Shown here: in pieces, positions 21,901 to 29,286 of the stretch
Layout of the letters: each line of letters opens with the position of its first letter
How positions within the stretch are numbered: position 1 is the first letter of the stretch
Assembly (NCBI GenBank): GCA_964354105.1
Contig: CAYGXM010000002.1
Span: 14,398 to 78,397, forward strand
Origin: Candidatus Woesearchaeota archaeon
GTDB taxonomy: Archaea > Nanobdellota > Nanobdellia > UBA10117
DNA length: 64,000 nt
Direction: 5' to 3'
Program-made: the position numbers and the translations under genes
Notes under the pieces: model-generated
Told to the model about the DNA's origin: nothing
Seen by the model: the letters and a program-made list of their open reading frames with translations, nothing else
Databases searched by the model: none

Positions 21901-23393
21901 GCCTGCAAAAATACCCAATCGATGCAAAATTGATAAGTTTCATTTGTTTCGTCGTCATAAACATCAGAACACGTTCCAAGACATTCCTGCGTTGCAAAGT
22001 CCCAATTAGCGCATTTATACAAGACTGTACCTTTTGCTTCTACTGTTACAGTTGCTTCGGTAAATTCAAAGCCAGTAGGGTCAATTGCATAAACTTCAGC
22101 ATAGCCTTCATAATCTCCTGTTTCTGGAACATCATCCAGCTTTATGAATTCTGTAACATTTTCATCTATGACTAAATCATCAAATATTATTTCTTTTACG
22201 GGGTGATTTTGCGGCTTTACCTTGATGTCATACTTGCCTTTAGGGATATCCAAGCCCGCTTCTCCTGTTTCTTCTTCAACAACTGCTGCCCCCTGGAATA
22301 ATGGAATCTCTTCAATGGATTTTTCTTTTTCTTCGCTTTTGCCTATGGCTTCAAGCTCGTCAGTTTCCGCATCAACAAATTCAATCGTAGCTGCAATTGT
22401 GTTATTACTTGAATCTTCGATGCCTGTTGCAAAGAAAACCGTTTCATTTGTTATATTTTCAACCTGAGAAATTAGCAACTCATAATAAATAGAATCCAAT
22501 TTCAAAACTGCTTCGGATTCTATTTCAATCTGCAAGATATAGCTGCTTTTATTCAGCATTTCAGAAATATAACAAGTTTCTTCACAAACAGTTTCAAATA
22601 GGATTTCTTCGGCTAATGGAATTTCTATTGTTTGGTTTTCAGTTACATTTTCAAGTGTTGTAACATTTTCTTCAGGAATTGTGATGTTTTCTGTTGGAAT
22701 TTCTGTTGGTTGAGTTTCATTTGCTGGTTCTTCAGCTGGAGGCTGCTCAACTGGAGGGATTTCCTCTGCTGGAGGTTCTTCAGTTGGCGGAATTTCTGCG
22801 CCAGAGCCACTGGTGGTGTCAGCCTCATTTGGCTGGCTTTCGTCCGGAGAAGATAATTCTCCGGAGGATGGTGGCTCTGGCTGTGCAGTTCCAAGCGGAT
22901 TTGCTAATCCGCTGGATCCCGCTGAACTTTGTTCAGCTTGGTCCTGCGAATTCGTACTCTCATCGGAGGATGAGCTTGATTCGGTATCTGCTGCGGCAAA
23001 AGCAGTAATAGGAGAGGGTCCTGTTTTGAGGTTTGAAGAATCGAAAATTAATAATCGGCTGGAATCTGTGACAAGATAAACCTTGGCATTTCCGGTAATT
23101 GCACCTGAGAGTTTTACAGAAGTCAGCTGGAACTCCCCTGCAGGAACGTTCTGTAAAGTCCAGTTATATTCATAAGTTTCTGCAAATTTCTCATTAATAA
23201 CATCAGAATATGCTTTCTGCTCTCCTGCTGCAAAGAAACCAATAATTCTAGGTCCTGCAACAAAAATAAATGCAACAAGCGCAATCAGCACAACTATAAA
23301 CCCAATTATCAATAGTTCTTTTGCTATTGGCTTGTGGGCATATTCTTTTATCTCCCTTTTCACTTTTTTCAATTTTGATTCTTCTGATTTCAT
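12927..23393 (-). CDS. giant cell-surface protein, 3488 aa
   Basis: Uninterrupted 10.5-kb ORF with an N-terminal TM and the shared AKVYL/CEETCY module. Contains an acidic S/E/P/T linker, Ig/Fn3-like repeats with a WIYWxWTNPxDSDF motif, and about 80-aa tandem repeats (LYRNGTNV...YNYTA). Hundreds of N-x-S/T sequons, a Pro-rich stalk, and a C-terminal TM plus about 45-aa charged tail. Confidence 0.8.
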   Translation of the reverse strand: MKSEESKLKKVKREIKEYAHKPIAKELLIIGFIVVLIALVAFIFVAGPRIIGFFAAGEQKAYSDVINEKFAETYEYNWTLQNVPAGEFQLTSVKLSGAITGNAKVYLVTDSSRLLIFDSSNLKTGPSPITAFAAADTESSSSSDESTNSQDQAEQSSAGSSGLANPLGTAQPEPPSSGELSSPDESQPNEADTTSGSGAEIPPTEEPPAEEIPPVEQPPAEEPANETQPTEIPTENITIPEENVTTLENVTENQTIEIPLAEEILFETVCEETCYISEMLNKSSYILQIEIESEAVLKLDSIYYELLISQVENITNETVFFATGIEDSSNNTIAATIEFVDAETDELEAIGKSEEKEKSIEEIPLFQGAAVVEEETGEAGLDIPKGKYDIKVKPQNHPVKEIIFDDLVIDENVTEFIKLDDVPETGDYEGYAEVYAIDPTGFEFTEATVTVEAKGTVLYKCANWDFATQECLGTCSDVYDDETNETYQFCIDWVFLQAITPGETYSFTLTPDDPGFAEGSPSSGTPDAGYVTDNEGDDEEGGTYTATQADDTTYFYAGETSTDTLNSVIVLEYNISSLGITGADITNMTFSATYCHDGSGSAPAACDGDAAEGSWTGTQDVWIYNWTSSTWVDIGDLRTNDGGNTVVDSYTVTSGLLHYVNSSGWVRTRYEAIGSVGDSQDSWLVMDYVPLTINYIDNDPPTTPTSITCDGSSCNSIFYEDVNISCSGSTDADNDTITYVIDAYYNHSTSSETATQVPSSCSDSTYASGSYEFYSQWTIPGSGTATLTKLWFWQADTSLSASETLEMALYSSGGNQISEEVTLTGTGASGWISGTLATPITITLGQTYYVGVAPISATYNLGRDDSANCANYPPTGTGSYYESSTNNDLDSTVPTGSQSGNKYIIPGITYTIGGYNYSWTAIGNHTNESTYLWNLSGIAEQSNVDLRCRAIDLAGSNTYSDYSAMNYNLTIASTPPPDTTPPAAVTNLNETSTGTTWIYWAWTNPGDSDFSEAIIYVDGSNILNTSNAYYNATGFSCNTTHNITINTKDTTGNVNTTNVMDSAVTLACSDTTPPAAVTNLAVSSRGATWIYWTWTNPADSDFNHTEIWIDGSYTANVSTPSSSYNATGFSAATSHTIGTRTADNSGNVNATFVNNTAQTYAVSADQNNSVTNAAGAPVNVALTIINSTGQTVYSQTNTVHNFDLFGGNYTIIIQPASSASVSAITYYNYTVDGSFALPGLDEPTPAAGSLAEFAVNPLGQFQTATLTVNPAGDVLTRCDNYTYTLQSCDEDYWATEAYGLTPGTLYNITFVPGDQTGFAAFNFTTSGGFEVQGVNTYSGTAVTNDSYIRAGSTGSNYGSASSIRVGRSGGAGVHRGIIKFNLSSIPSGVRIDNANLSLYMFNNVDGAGARTHGAHKVQQSPARNWVELQVTWNVYSTGNSWTTTGGDFAANELANTSVNAVGFYYWNVTADVQNFTDNQAQNFGWIIKDETESGTNRKYYVSSNDATNTSRQPRLIVNWTDIQPPRWSSQSQNASVINNTGSIKLSAYWTDNVNLSYAMLSTNESGGVWANKTGVYGSPLQIGPSTGNWSNFTWSNSSASGIIGWRIWANDTQGNWNSTNIMTFNVTVPDITPPTVTQNSPANNAVDGDGSVLFNCSATDNIALANISLYINSVLNQTNIVTGTSNSTTFSKTMTNGNYNWYCRASDAAGNANNSATYALAVNTAAVPISTNYTGNTTNWATLPDLTNVCNGQAVLEIPSYGQIQWQGCVNAASQNFDTYVNISDNFISVDFGLNPTFNSSAQLKLRGLNWSDTEDFNVLINGEICSNTTCQNVTYENTTGTVTFDVAHFTNFSTNGTSRLLIWDQNDTGMPGNNRPACVGSSIDFYAYYYRVLGGNNFTNTGATCIINFTDSTGNSMTYNATSNYYQYARTFSSTGLKAYNVSCIKTTFPTRPRITVSDSINITDCAPPTTALVNPPNGSANGKDLNFTCNATDNYQLANMTLYWNYTGIFSADSTNIITGTSNETTFQKTNLNNGIILWNCLACDTSNNCAFAPANWTVTVDATPPVVNLMSPGNNTTSTTQTQNFIFNATDNQYTTINCTLYINDAPSGTNASVANNTATTITNTTVLEGYNQWYVNCTDGASNTGQSETRLLTVDATPPVIVHIRPVQNDILGFTTTLEVNVTDNLVGVNSVWYEITNTSGIVKSGTMSGTEPIYNDTWDTTTVSEGNYTFTAYANDTLGNQQNSSVNFTIDNTPPLIQIFTPLNNSQWGSNFNLNVFIQNNMLTASSYNITNSTGAIVQSNSNNSINQPIFNWTDLVNVGALPSGTYNLTVYARNNVGYPSFESVLFVIDKTPPQYFNLSESPASPTTYSPTQTYEFNATWTDNYAVGTVIFEFNGTNYTNAVQSGDVYSKTFVGLNAGSYNYKWYANDTAGNSNSTGTFTYIINKMPTTTSLYLNGAQANATITYGAQSNATAITSAGSVALYRNGTNVTNPEIATLGAGTYNYTAINSGDSNYLPSSETWFLTVNKATPTVNLLLDGVAADKSVTYPTQTNATAFESNTNDSDVTYTMYRNSTTIGSGSVVSDVATLGVNTYVYTYNTTGGENYTSNTINRTLTVGIQPTAVDLYLNGAQNNLTVTYGTSTNVTAIGYNGTVALYRNGTNVGTSEITTLAVGYYNYTAVIPTDANKTGSSKTFFLTVNIAQTYVNLSLNGAESDLNITYPQTVTAVFSTNLLSATMYRNGTNINAENNTAVTLAAGYYNYTVVNPGDFNHTASSKTFFVTVNKAAANITLLLNGTNSDFNVNRSQTVNITGIRNAGEGNMQLYDNGALINNGAPIITNLTSYVALGPRNITLILPETQNYTAATSTHFLNVFGILYAYVTAPTGTPKYYEGQNITFKGYVYDELANPITGANAKFEPINGSFVYACYDVEEGSGFYNCTLDTTGMASPKIYDARINATKTYYHAGVYTNNSVFLLESGQKANLLLHKIPSVQAINSSHITYNISLYLANGRGTSENTILTDPDASQNWSIGSIYGAQEVIESYLLTYARGSVDNTITLQKANATGYDPFYNTSLFVESNQPIIVIPQNITAAQLILIKNVAFVNQTTTNITYLITDQIVNAGGEDLTGISVVDSDIGLTTFVNLTRGASVSFNGTKLIAKSSQSYTYNFTQATASANAVFYYSNQPSVQIPGYGGPYDVIIDSLPASVTAGSTITGVVKAINMNSEISEDRTLTTWIEDSFGNITALDVRTIFIGRNQSATAAITLTAPSTPGAYLFVSKLTWPTADANASKAFDVTSAVIPPVVPPAPAPAVGVPVNITAPVLPPGVPQDIINSLIELRNMYNELKTKTTDLDNILKAAEDAAARGNYDLARNLIKSAYGMVQEIQLEICGKALPAAGFVLPTLPSINIAQFFGGRWLWWILAATVTVIFIIALIVKRREEMALEVELLAEERKHLERLYDKVSNYLNRKITRGDKDNGI
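14700..16300. repeat. intragenic tandem DNA repeats, about 245-nt period, encoding Ig-like repeat units
   Basis: Recurring gttccatttc(g/t)gta(c/t)a(a/t)tg..cacag blocks near 15151, 15397 and 15914, plus recurring aattataata(g/a)cc..gctaaagt blocks near 15100 and 15340. Confidence 0.5.
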
Positions 23394-26300
23394 TAGAGCT
23401 TGATTTTCTTGCCACCGTGCCTTACATGATGGAATAATACTGCAAGAATGGTTACAGCTAGCCCTGCCAGAAAAACAGCTATGCCCAAAACGAGCTTGTC
23501 AGCGGGGATTGTGGTCTGCAGTGCTGTAACTGCAACAGTGGCGCCTGTAAGAGGTGTTTTAACAAAAGTGAATATCAGCAGGATGATAATCGTAATTATC
23601 AAAGCGATGTGCAATGCAGTCAGGGCATTTTTCAGCCGCGGCGGCAGATTTTCTTTCCTCATGGCAGCTATAGCAAATACAAGAATCAACAGTAAAAGTG
23701 TTGGAACAGCATACAATGGATTAGGAGCCTTGTATGGGCTGACTTGTACGGCTGCACCTGATAGAGGTTCTGGTGGTGAAGAGGGGATTTCCAGTCCTGC
23801 AGGCGTTGTCTCTGTGGGCGGGGTTGTTGAAACTGGAACAGTTTCCACTAGAATTATAATCCTTAATTTTGCTGAAGTATTTGTTTTTGCAATTAATGTG
23901 ATTTCGATATCGCTCTCACCATTATAATTAGCGTCTACATCTTTTGTTTCGTTTAATTCAAGATTAACTTTAACAGGCGCTGAAGTTATAGTTAGCTCTA
24001 CATAATCAGGGAACATTCCAGATAGCCTAATTGTATGAACTGTATTTGGTGAATAGCTTGCCGCATATGAAAACGTGCCGCCAAATGCCAAGTCTAAGTC
24101 TTTTGGCTGGCCAGGTGACAGGACAGCTTCTGCAGTTGCATTGCCAATCACGCCTGTACCACCGCCTCCACCACCATTATTGCCATTATTTCCGCCGGCT
24201 GCAGACGCCACGCTAAATGAATGCATTGTGCTAACATTGTTTACATTTCCAGAGGTATCGTTGCATTTGTAATACAAAGTATATGTCTGGCCGTTGCTCA
24301 AACCTGCATATGTAAAGTTGTGGTTTGTCGAGTCTGTATTTGTAAAGTTAGTTCCATCTGCGTAGGCAAAAGTTGAATTTGTTGTATTATATCTGCAAAT
24401 TGCATCCTCATTTGTTGTTATTTCGATTGTAGTTGAAGTTGTGCCTGCGCTTAACTGAGAGCCATTTGTCGGGCTCGATATCGTTATAACTGGCGCTGTT
24501 GTATCAGGCAATGCAGATATTGTAACATTATCCTGTCCTATTGCGCCATTTCCAGTGCCATCATTAGGTGTTACAACACATTTCCAAACATCTCCAATAG
24601 TTGTTAAAAGATTTGATAATGTATTAGCTGTCTGGCCTACCTGCAAGACATCATTCTTGTACCATTGATATGCATAATTAATTGAATCATTGTCCAAATC
24701 TGTTGATGCGCTTGTGATTGTCGCAACTAAATCTTCAGTATCTGCAGGCACATTTGGAATAACATCTACAACAGGAGCTGACGGCAAGGAGTTTGTTATA
24801 GTCCTTGCGACAGATTTTGCAGTTCCATAATCATTTCCATCATATGGAATAACTGAGCAATTCCACGTTTCTGTTTTTGTTGTATTGCCCGCTGCTAATA
24901 TTACAGAATTCTCAGTTCCGTTTGTTACACTTAATATTGCTGATAGAATTGCTGTTGAACCATTATACCAAGTGTAATTAGCAGTTAGTGTGTCTACAGC
25001 ATCAGCATCTGTTATTGTAAATGTGCAATTCAAGTCATCATTTGTATAAGCTATTGCAGGCGTTATTGCTGGTGTTGTGGAAACTGGGATATTATTGTAT
25101 GACAAAGTTCTAGCAGTTGAATTTACATCAGTATTATTGATGTTTCCATTTGTATCTTTAGTATGCACAGTTAGTGTATAATCCGTAAAGTTTTGCAGGC
25201 TTGTTGCATTATAATAATTATTTGACGTATTCGCAACATTGCTTCCATTTAGATAGATAATGGCCTGGCTGAAATCAGCATCAGCAGGATTAGTCCAGTT
25301 CCAATATATCCAAGTCTGGCTTCTGCTTTGATTTGCCAGGCTGGTTACTGAAGCAGGAGGTGTTGAATCTGCATGCAAAGTAACGGTTCTTGTTTCTGTA
25401 TTAGCTTTGTTTCCAGCAGTATCAACAGCATAGCCTTTGAAAGTGTAATTTCCATAAGATAGGCCTGTGAAATTATTGTAGTACTGGTTTGCTGTTGCGT
25501 TGTATAATGCAAGAACTTCAGAGCTGGACAAAGCTCTCCTGAACATCATGACATCATCAATTGAGCCATTAAGATAGCTTGCCTGATATCTGCCAATCAG
25601 TATGTTAAACGACTGATCCTGGACATCTCCTGTTTGAGCCTGCGTCCTCACTAGAGTACCATTGATATAAAGATTAATGGAACTTCCATTGTACACACCA
25701 ACTGCATGATACCATGTGTTTGTTGAAATAGGATATGTGGAAGTTGCCTTGTGTGTTGTTGCATTGGCGACATCAAAAATCAGATTAGTAGTTGAGATAT
25801 ACAAATTATAAGAGCTTGACGAAGCTGCCCTGTTGCTTACCAAGCCTGCTGATTGCGAATTTCTATACTTAAACCATAAGGAAATAGTCATCGCGGTAGT
25901 AAAATTAAAATCCTCATTATATGTCACTTGAATATATTGAGATGACGCTGAGTCAAAGTCATAACTTCCATTAAACACGCCGCTAGAATTATATGTTGGG
26001 CAAACTGAACATGAGCCAGTGTTTCCACTGCCAGAATCATCTGTAAATGATGTTCCACTAGTCTCTTCTAATCTCCACCAGCCGACTAATGCACTATCCC
26101 AATCCAGCATAGCATAGTGCTGGCTGCTTTCATCGGTGCTGCTTGCATTCACATAAACATAATTATTAGTTGTTGTATTTCCATCGCTTGGCGTTGGACT
26201 TACAAAGGAAATTGTTGGCGCTGCTCCTGTTTCACCATATGCAGGGTCGCTTGCTGTTAATGTTACCTCATATGGCTGGCCTGGTGTTATTTCCTGAACA

Positions 26301-27622
26301 AAAGTCCAGTTGCCATCTGTGCAAGTCTGATTTTCAAAGTCCCAACTCGCACATTTGTATAATGCGCTTCCTGTTGCAGTCACTGTAACAGTAGCTTCTG
26401 TAAAGTTAAGTTCTGTTGGATCAATAGCATAAACTTCAACATAACCTGTATTTGCTTCTGGAACATCATCAATGCCAATTACAGCATTTACATCGGATGT
26501 TGCATCAATGTCTTTGAATTCTATGCTCTGGATTGGAACACTTGTGTTCTGAACATCCACAACAAGATTATTTTCATCACTCGGAGCTGTTTCAAAGCTC
26601 TCCATATTGCCTTCGGCAGATATCTCATTGGCAGGAGGTGCAAAGATTTCGTTAGCTATAGTTTGCTGTCCTGTTGTTTCTTCAGCAACAACAGATTTTC
26701 CAGAATCGTCAACTAAAGCTATGTCTGCTGCAACTGGCTGGCCGTTGCTGTCTACAATTTCTATAGTTATGTTAACGGGAATATCTGTAAGATTCTGCAA
26801 TGAATAGCTTATTTCAGAAATGGAGAGCTCTCCATTTTCCACTTGGATTTCAAGAGTGTAAGTATTATCAGCCAAACCATCTGGAAGCAAGCAAGATTGC
26901 TCGCATGAATCCGTAAATGTTACAGGTGTTATCTCTATTGGCAGTGTTTTATTCACGATTTCTTCTGCAGTTACGTTTTCTGTTGTTGAGACATTCCCCT
27001 CAGCAGGTGGAATTTCTGTTGGTTGAGTTTCATTTGCTGGCTGTTCTTGAGCTGGCGCAGGTAATTCTGCGCCAGCTTCGCCTTGATCTGTGGTGTCAGG
27101 TACAGATTCCTCTTGAGCATTAGTTTGCTCAGAGGATGGTGGCGAAGCTGGTTCTGCAGACTCCTGCGAATCGGAGGATTCGCCGGAGCTACCCACATCT
27201 GAACTGGTGGTGTCAGATGAGCTTGAACTTGGATTGCTGATAACTTCAGTAAGAGCGCCTGTAACGGCATCCGCGAGAGATTCACTTTTCACTAGATTGC
27301 TAGAATCAAAAACGAGATAAGTTTCATTTCCAGTTTTTAGAAAGACTTTAGCAGAGCCTTCTCCGCTAAAAGAACCTGAAATCTTTAGGGCTTTCAAATT
27401 GTAAGGCTGTTCTTGGGGAATTTCAAATGTATAATCGCTGTTTGATGTGAATTTTTCATTAATGGAAGCTGAAAAATCTTCAGCAGGCGCAAAATATCTG
27501 CCTGTGATTTTAGGATTATGAAATAAGACTACGAGAGCTACGACTATGATAGCTGTTATGAGGAAAATGTATGTTGTTGCACTAGCTATAGGTTTAGTTA
27601 GTTTGCGGTCTGACACCACCAA
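23393..27622 (-). CDS. giant cell-surface protein, 1409 aa, with LamG (concanavalin A-like) domain
   Basis: N-terminal TM and the shared module. LamG signature at aa ~505-708 (LVGWWRLEETSGTSFTDDSGSGNTGS ... MTISLWFK ... WYHAVGVYNGSSINLYINGT), nt ~25499-26110. One WIYWNWTNPADADF Ig-like domain, a Gly-rich stretch, a TPP-rich stalk and about 4 C-terminal TM helices. Its stop overlaps the next ATG by 1 nt (TAATG). Confidence 0.8.
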   Translation of the reverse strand: MVVSDRKLTKPIASATTYIFLITAIIVVALVVLFHNPKITGRYFAPAEDFSASINEKFTSNSDYTFEIPQEQPYNLKALKISGSFSGEGSAKVFLKTGNETYLVFDSSNLVKSESLADAVTGALTEVISNPSSSSSDTTSSDVGSSGESSDSQESAEPASPPSSEQTNAQEESVPDTTDQGEAGAELPAPAQEQPANETQPTEIPPAEGNVSTTENVTAEEIVNKTLPIEITPVTFTDSCEQSCLLPDGLADNTYTLEIQVENGELSISEISYSLQNLTDIPVNITIEIVDSNGQPVAADIALVDDSGKSVVAEETTGQQTIANEIFAPPANEISAEGNMESFETAPSDENNLVVDVQNTSVPIQSIEFKDIDATSDVNAVIGIDDVPEANTGYVEVYAIDPTELNFTEATVTVTATGSALYKCASWDFENQTCTDGNWTFVQEITPGQPYEVTLTASDPAYGETGAAPTISFVSPTPSDGNTTTNNYVYVNASSTDESSQHYAMLDWDSALVGWWRLEETSGTSFTDDSGSGNTGSCSVCPTYNSSGVFNGSYDFDSASSQYIQVTYNEDFNFTTAMTISLWFKYRNSQSAGLVSNRAASSSSYNLYISTTNLIFDVANATTHKATSTYPISTNTWYHAVGVYNGSSINLYINGTLVRTQAQTGDVQDQSFNILIGRYQASYLNGSIDDVMMFRRALSSSEVLALYNATANQYYNNFTGLSYGNYTFKGYAVDTAGNKANTETRTVTLHADSTPPASVTSLANQSRSQTWIYWNWTNPADADFSQAIIYLNGSNVANTSNNYYNATSLQNFTDYTLTVHTKDTNGNINNTDVNSTARTLSYNNIPVSTTPAITPAIAYTNDDLNCTFTITDADAVDTLTANYTWYNGSTAILSAILSVTNGTENSVILAAGNTTKTETWNCSVIPYDGNDYGTAKSVARTITNSLPSAPVVDVIPNVPADTEDLVATITSASTDLDNDSINYAYQWYKNDVLQVGQTANTLSNLLTTIGDVWKCVVTPNDGTGNGAIGQDNVTISALPDTTAPVITISSPTNGSQLSAGTTSTTIEITTNEDAICRYNTTNSTFAYADGTNFTNTDSTNHNFTYAGLSNGQTYTLYYKCNDTSGNVNNVSTMHSFSVASAAGGNNGNNGGGGGGTGVIGNATAEAVLSPGQPKDLDLAFGGTFSYAASYSPNTVHTIRLSGMFPDYVELTITSAPVKVNLELNETKDVDANYNGESDIEITLIAKTNTSAKLRIIILVETVPVSTTPPTETTPAGLEIPSSPPEPLSGAAVQVSPYKAPNPLYAVPTLLLLILVFAIAAMRKENLPPRLKNALTALHIALIITIIILLIFTFVKTPLTGATVAVTALQTTIPADKLVLGIAVFLAGLAVTILAVLFHHVRHGGKKIKL

Positions 27623-27673
27623 ATGTGACCATCCTCCGATTACTAATTTTATAGTATGGGTATATTATAAATG

Positions 27674-28351
27674 TTACTGTATGTTTGCAGTAAGCTCTTT
27701 TCCAGCTACTTTTACATTATCTGCAGTGCCTCTAATTTGGAGCGTTCCCTGCGAAACTGTGAAGTTACCTGCGAAATTCTGCAATTCGAGCTCTTCATCA
27801 GTTAATTGCACGACAATCTTGCCTGAATTAACGTCAACTTTTCCTGAAGATGTGTATGAAAACTTGTCTAGCTGGAGATTTAAGGTTATTGAATTATAAT
27901 TCATATCAAGATCCATATCAAGGCTCTTCTCATTTGGCAAAATCCTCACTTTATTTACAGAAAGCTCCGAGGTTTTTCCTGTTAAGGCTGCTGAATTGCT
28001 GATTTTTATGCTTCCATCAAAATTCTTCAGTTCTAAACTGCCTTGCTCTATCTGGGACAAGTCTAATTTCTCAGAATTGACAGAAATTTGGCTTGTTGGT
28101 TTGGTAAATTCTAAATTTATGCTACTGGCCTTGCTCAGCTCCAAAGGTTTCAAGTCCAAATCAGCAGAAATATCAAATTTAGTTTTATTCAATTGATTTT
28201 CGCCTGTAAGCAGGCCCGTAACACTGTCTTTTGTTTTGTCTAAAGCATCTGAAAATGCGCCAGGAGCAAATTTACTTACTGCAACCCCTGCTGCAGCTAT
28301 CAAAAGCAATAATACAACCATAAATAACACTGATTTGCGTTTCAAGGTCAT
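27674..28351 (-). CDS. N-terminally anchored membrane protein (225 aa), first gene of the surface-protein operon
   Basis: N-terminal TM helix. Same strand, with only a 51-nt gap to the 1409-aa gene. Confidence 0.45.
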   Translation of the reverse strand: MTLKRKSVLFMVVLLLLIAAAGVAVSKFAPGAFSDALDKTKDSVTGLLTGENQLNKTKFDISADLDLKPLELSKASSINLEFTKPTSQISVNSEKLDLSQIEQGSLELKNFDGSIKISNSAALTGKTSELSVNKVRILPNEKSLDMDLDMNYNSITLNLQLDKFSYTSSGKVDVNSGKIVVQLTDEELELQNFAGNFTVSQGTLQIRGTADNVKVAGKELTANIQ

Positions 28352-28376
28352 GGCTCTGCCAGAATAAAGTGCACGC

Positions 28377-28390
28377 TATAATTTAAATAC
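28377..28390. promoter_or_regulatory. TATA-like box (TATAATTTAAATAC) in the divergent intergenic region
   Basis: TTTAAATA matches the archaeal TATA consensus TTTAWATA. It is the only intergenic AT box between the minus operon start (28351) and the plus gene at 28416. Confidence 0.35.
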
Positions 28391-28415
28391 TTCTACTTCT
28401 TCACAAAAAGCAAGG

Positions 28416-29195
28416 ATGGTACTGGACTGGCTTGTTGATTTGCACAAGGCTGAAGATAAGCCTTGGAAGATGATAATTTTAGGTTTTGTCTACAGCACAA
28501 TAGCTGCAGGCCTTGCTTATTTGATATTCCCAAGAGAAGCTGGCGCAGTCATGTTAGTATTGACTATTGCAGCTTTCATGCCTTTGATGCTCAACTTAAT
28601 GAAAATAGAAGAACTGAAAGAAGAAACGAGCAGATTTTTGATAAAAGAACACTGGCCTGCCCTGCGCTTATTTGTGTTTTTGTTCTTTGGCATGGTTTTA
28701 GCATATGTAACTTTGTTTATGGCGCTTCCGTCAACCATAACAAATTCTTTATTCGGCATGCAAATAGATACTATCACAAGCAGAGGTGTAGAAATGGGTG
28801 CAGTTCTTAGCTTAGATAGCTTAGGTGGAATTCTGCTGAATAATTTCAAAGTCTTGCTTGTTGGCCTGGTATTAGCATTAGTTTTTGGTGCAGGCGCAAT
28901 TTTCATATTGGACTGGAACGCAACAATCCTTGGTGTTTTAATAGGTGGAACTTTAAAACATAGTTTTGGAGTAGGTTTTGCACAATATCTCGTACATGGT
29001 GTTCCAGAAATACTTGCTTACTTTGTTGCAGGCCTTGCCGGCGGAATAATCTCTGCAGCAATTGCAAGGCATAAGATAGGAACAAAGCAGTTCAATAATG
29101 TACTGAGAGATTCCCTGGGATTAATCGTTTTGTCAGTTGCAATTCTGCTCATCGCAGGTCTGCTGGAAGTTTTTGTATCGCCTTTGATCAGTTGA
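28416..29195 (+). CDS. DUF95/SpoIIM-like integral membrane protein
   Basis: Six TM helices, with GVPEILAYFVAGLAGG near the C-terminus as in SpoIIM-family proteins. Confidence 0.4.
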   Translation: MVLDWLVDLHKAEDKPWKMIILGFVYSTIAAGLAYLIFPREAGAVMLVLTIAAFMPLMLNLMKIEELKEETSRFLIKEHWPALRLFVFLFFGMVLAYVTLFMALPSTITNSLFGMQIDTITSRGVEMGAVLSLDSLGGILLNNFKVLLVGLVLALVFGAGAIFILDWNATILGVLIGGTLKHSFGVGFAQYLVHGVPEILAYFVAGLAGGIISAAIARHKIGTKQFNNVLRDSLGLIVLSVAILLIAGLLEVFVSPLIS

Positions 29196-29286
29196 CGACT
29201 TATGTTAGCTCTTAGCATTAATTGGCACTAACTTGCAAGCTAATGAAAGATTTCAGACTTTAATGGCTAACACTTAGTGCTAATAA

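Noticed and set aside
13097-22467. Many 60-165-aa ORFs on the plus strand inside the 3488-aa gene (e.g. 13300-13797, 16893-17249, 20619-20909)
   Set aside because: They lie antisense to a continuous 10.5-kb ORF with clear domain structure. Their translations are low-complexity or Cys-rich junk, as expected from the antisense strand of repetitive coding DNA.
23448-27285. Plus-strand and alternate-frame ORFs inside the 1409-aa gene (23448-23927, 26917-27123, 26971-27285)
   Set aside because: Antisense or out-of-frame relative to the long ORF. The shared EFLLVEFHLL peptides come from the 32-nt DNA identity between the two giants, not from real genes.
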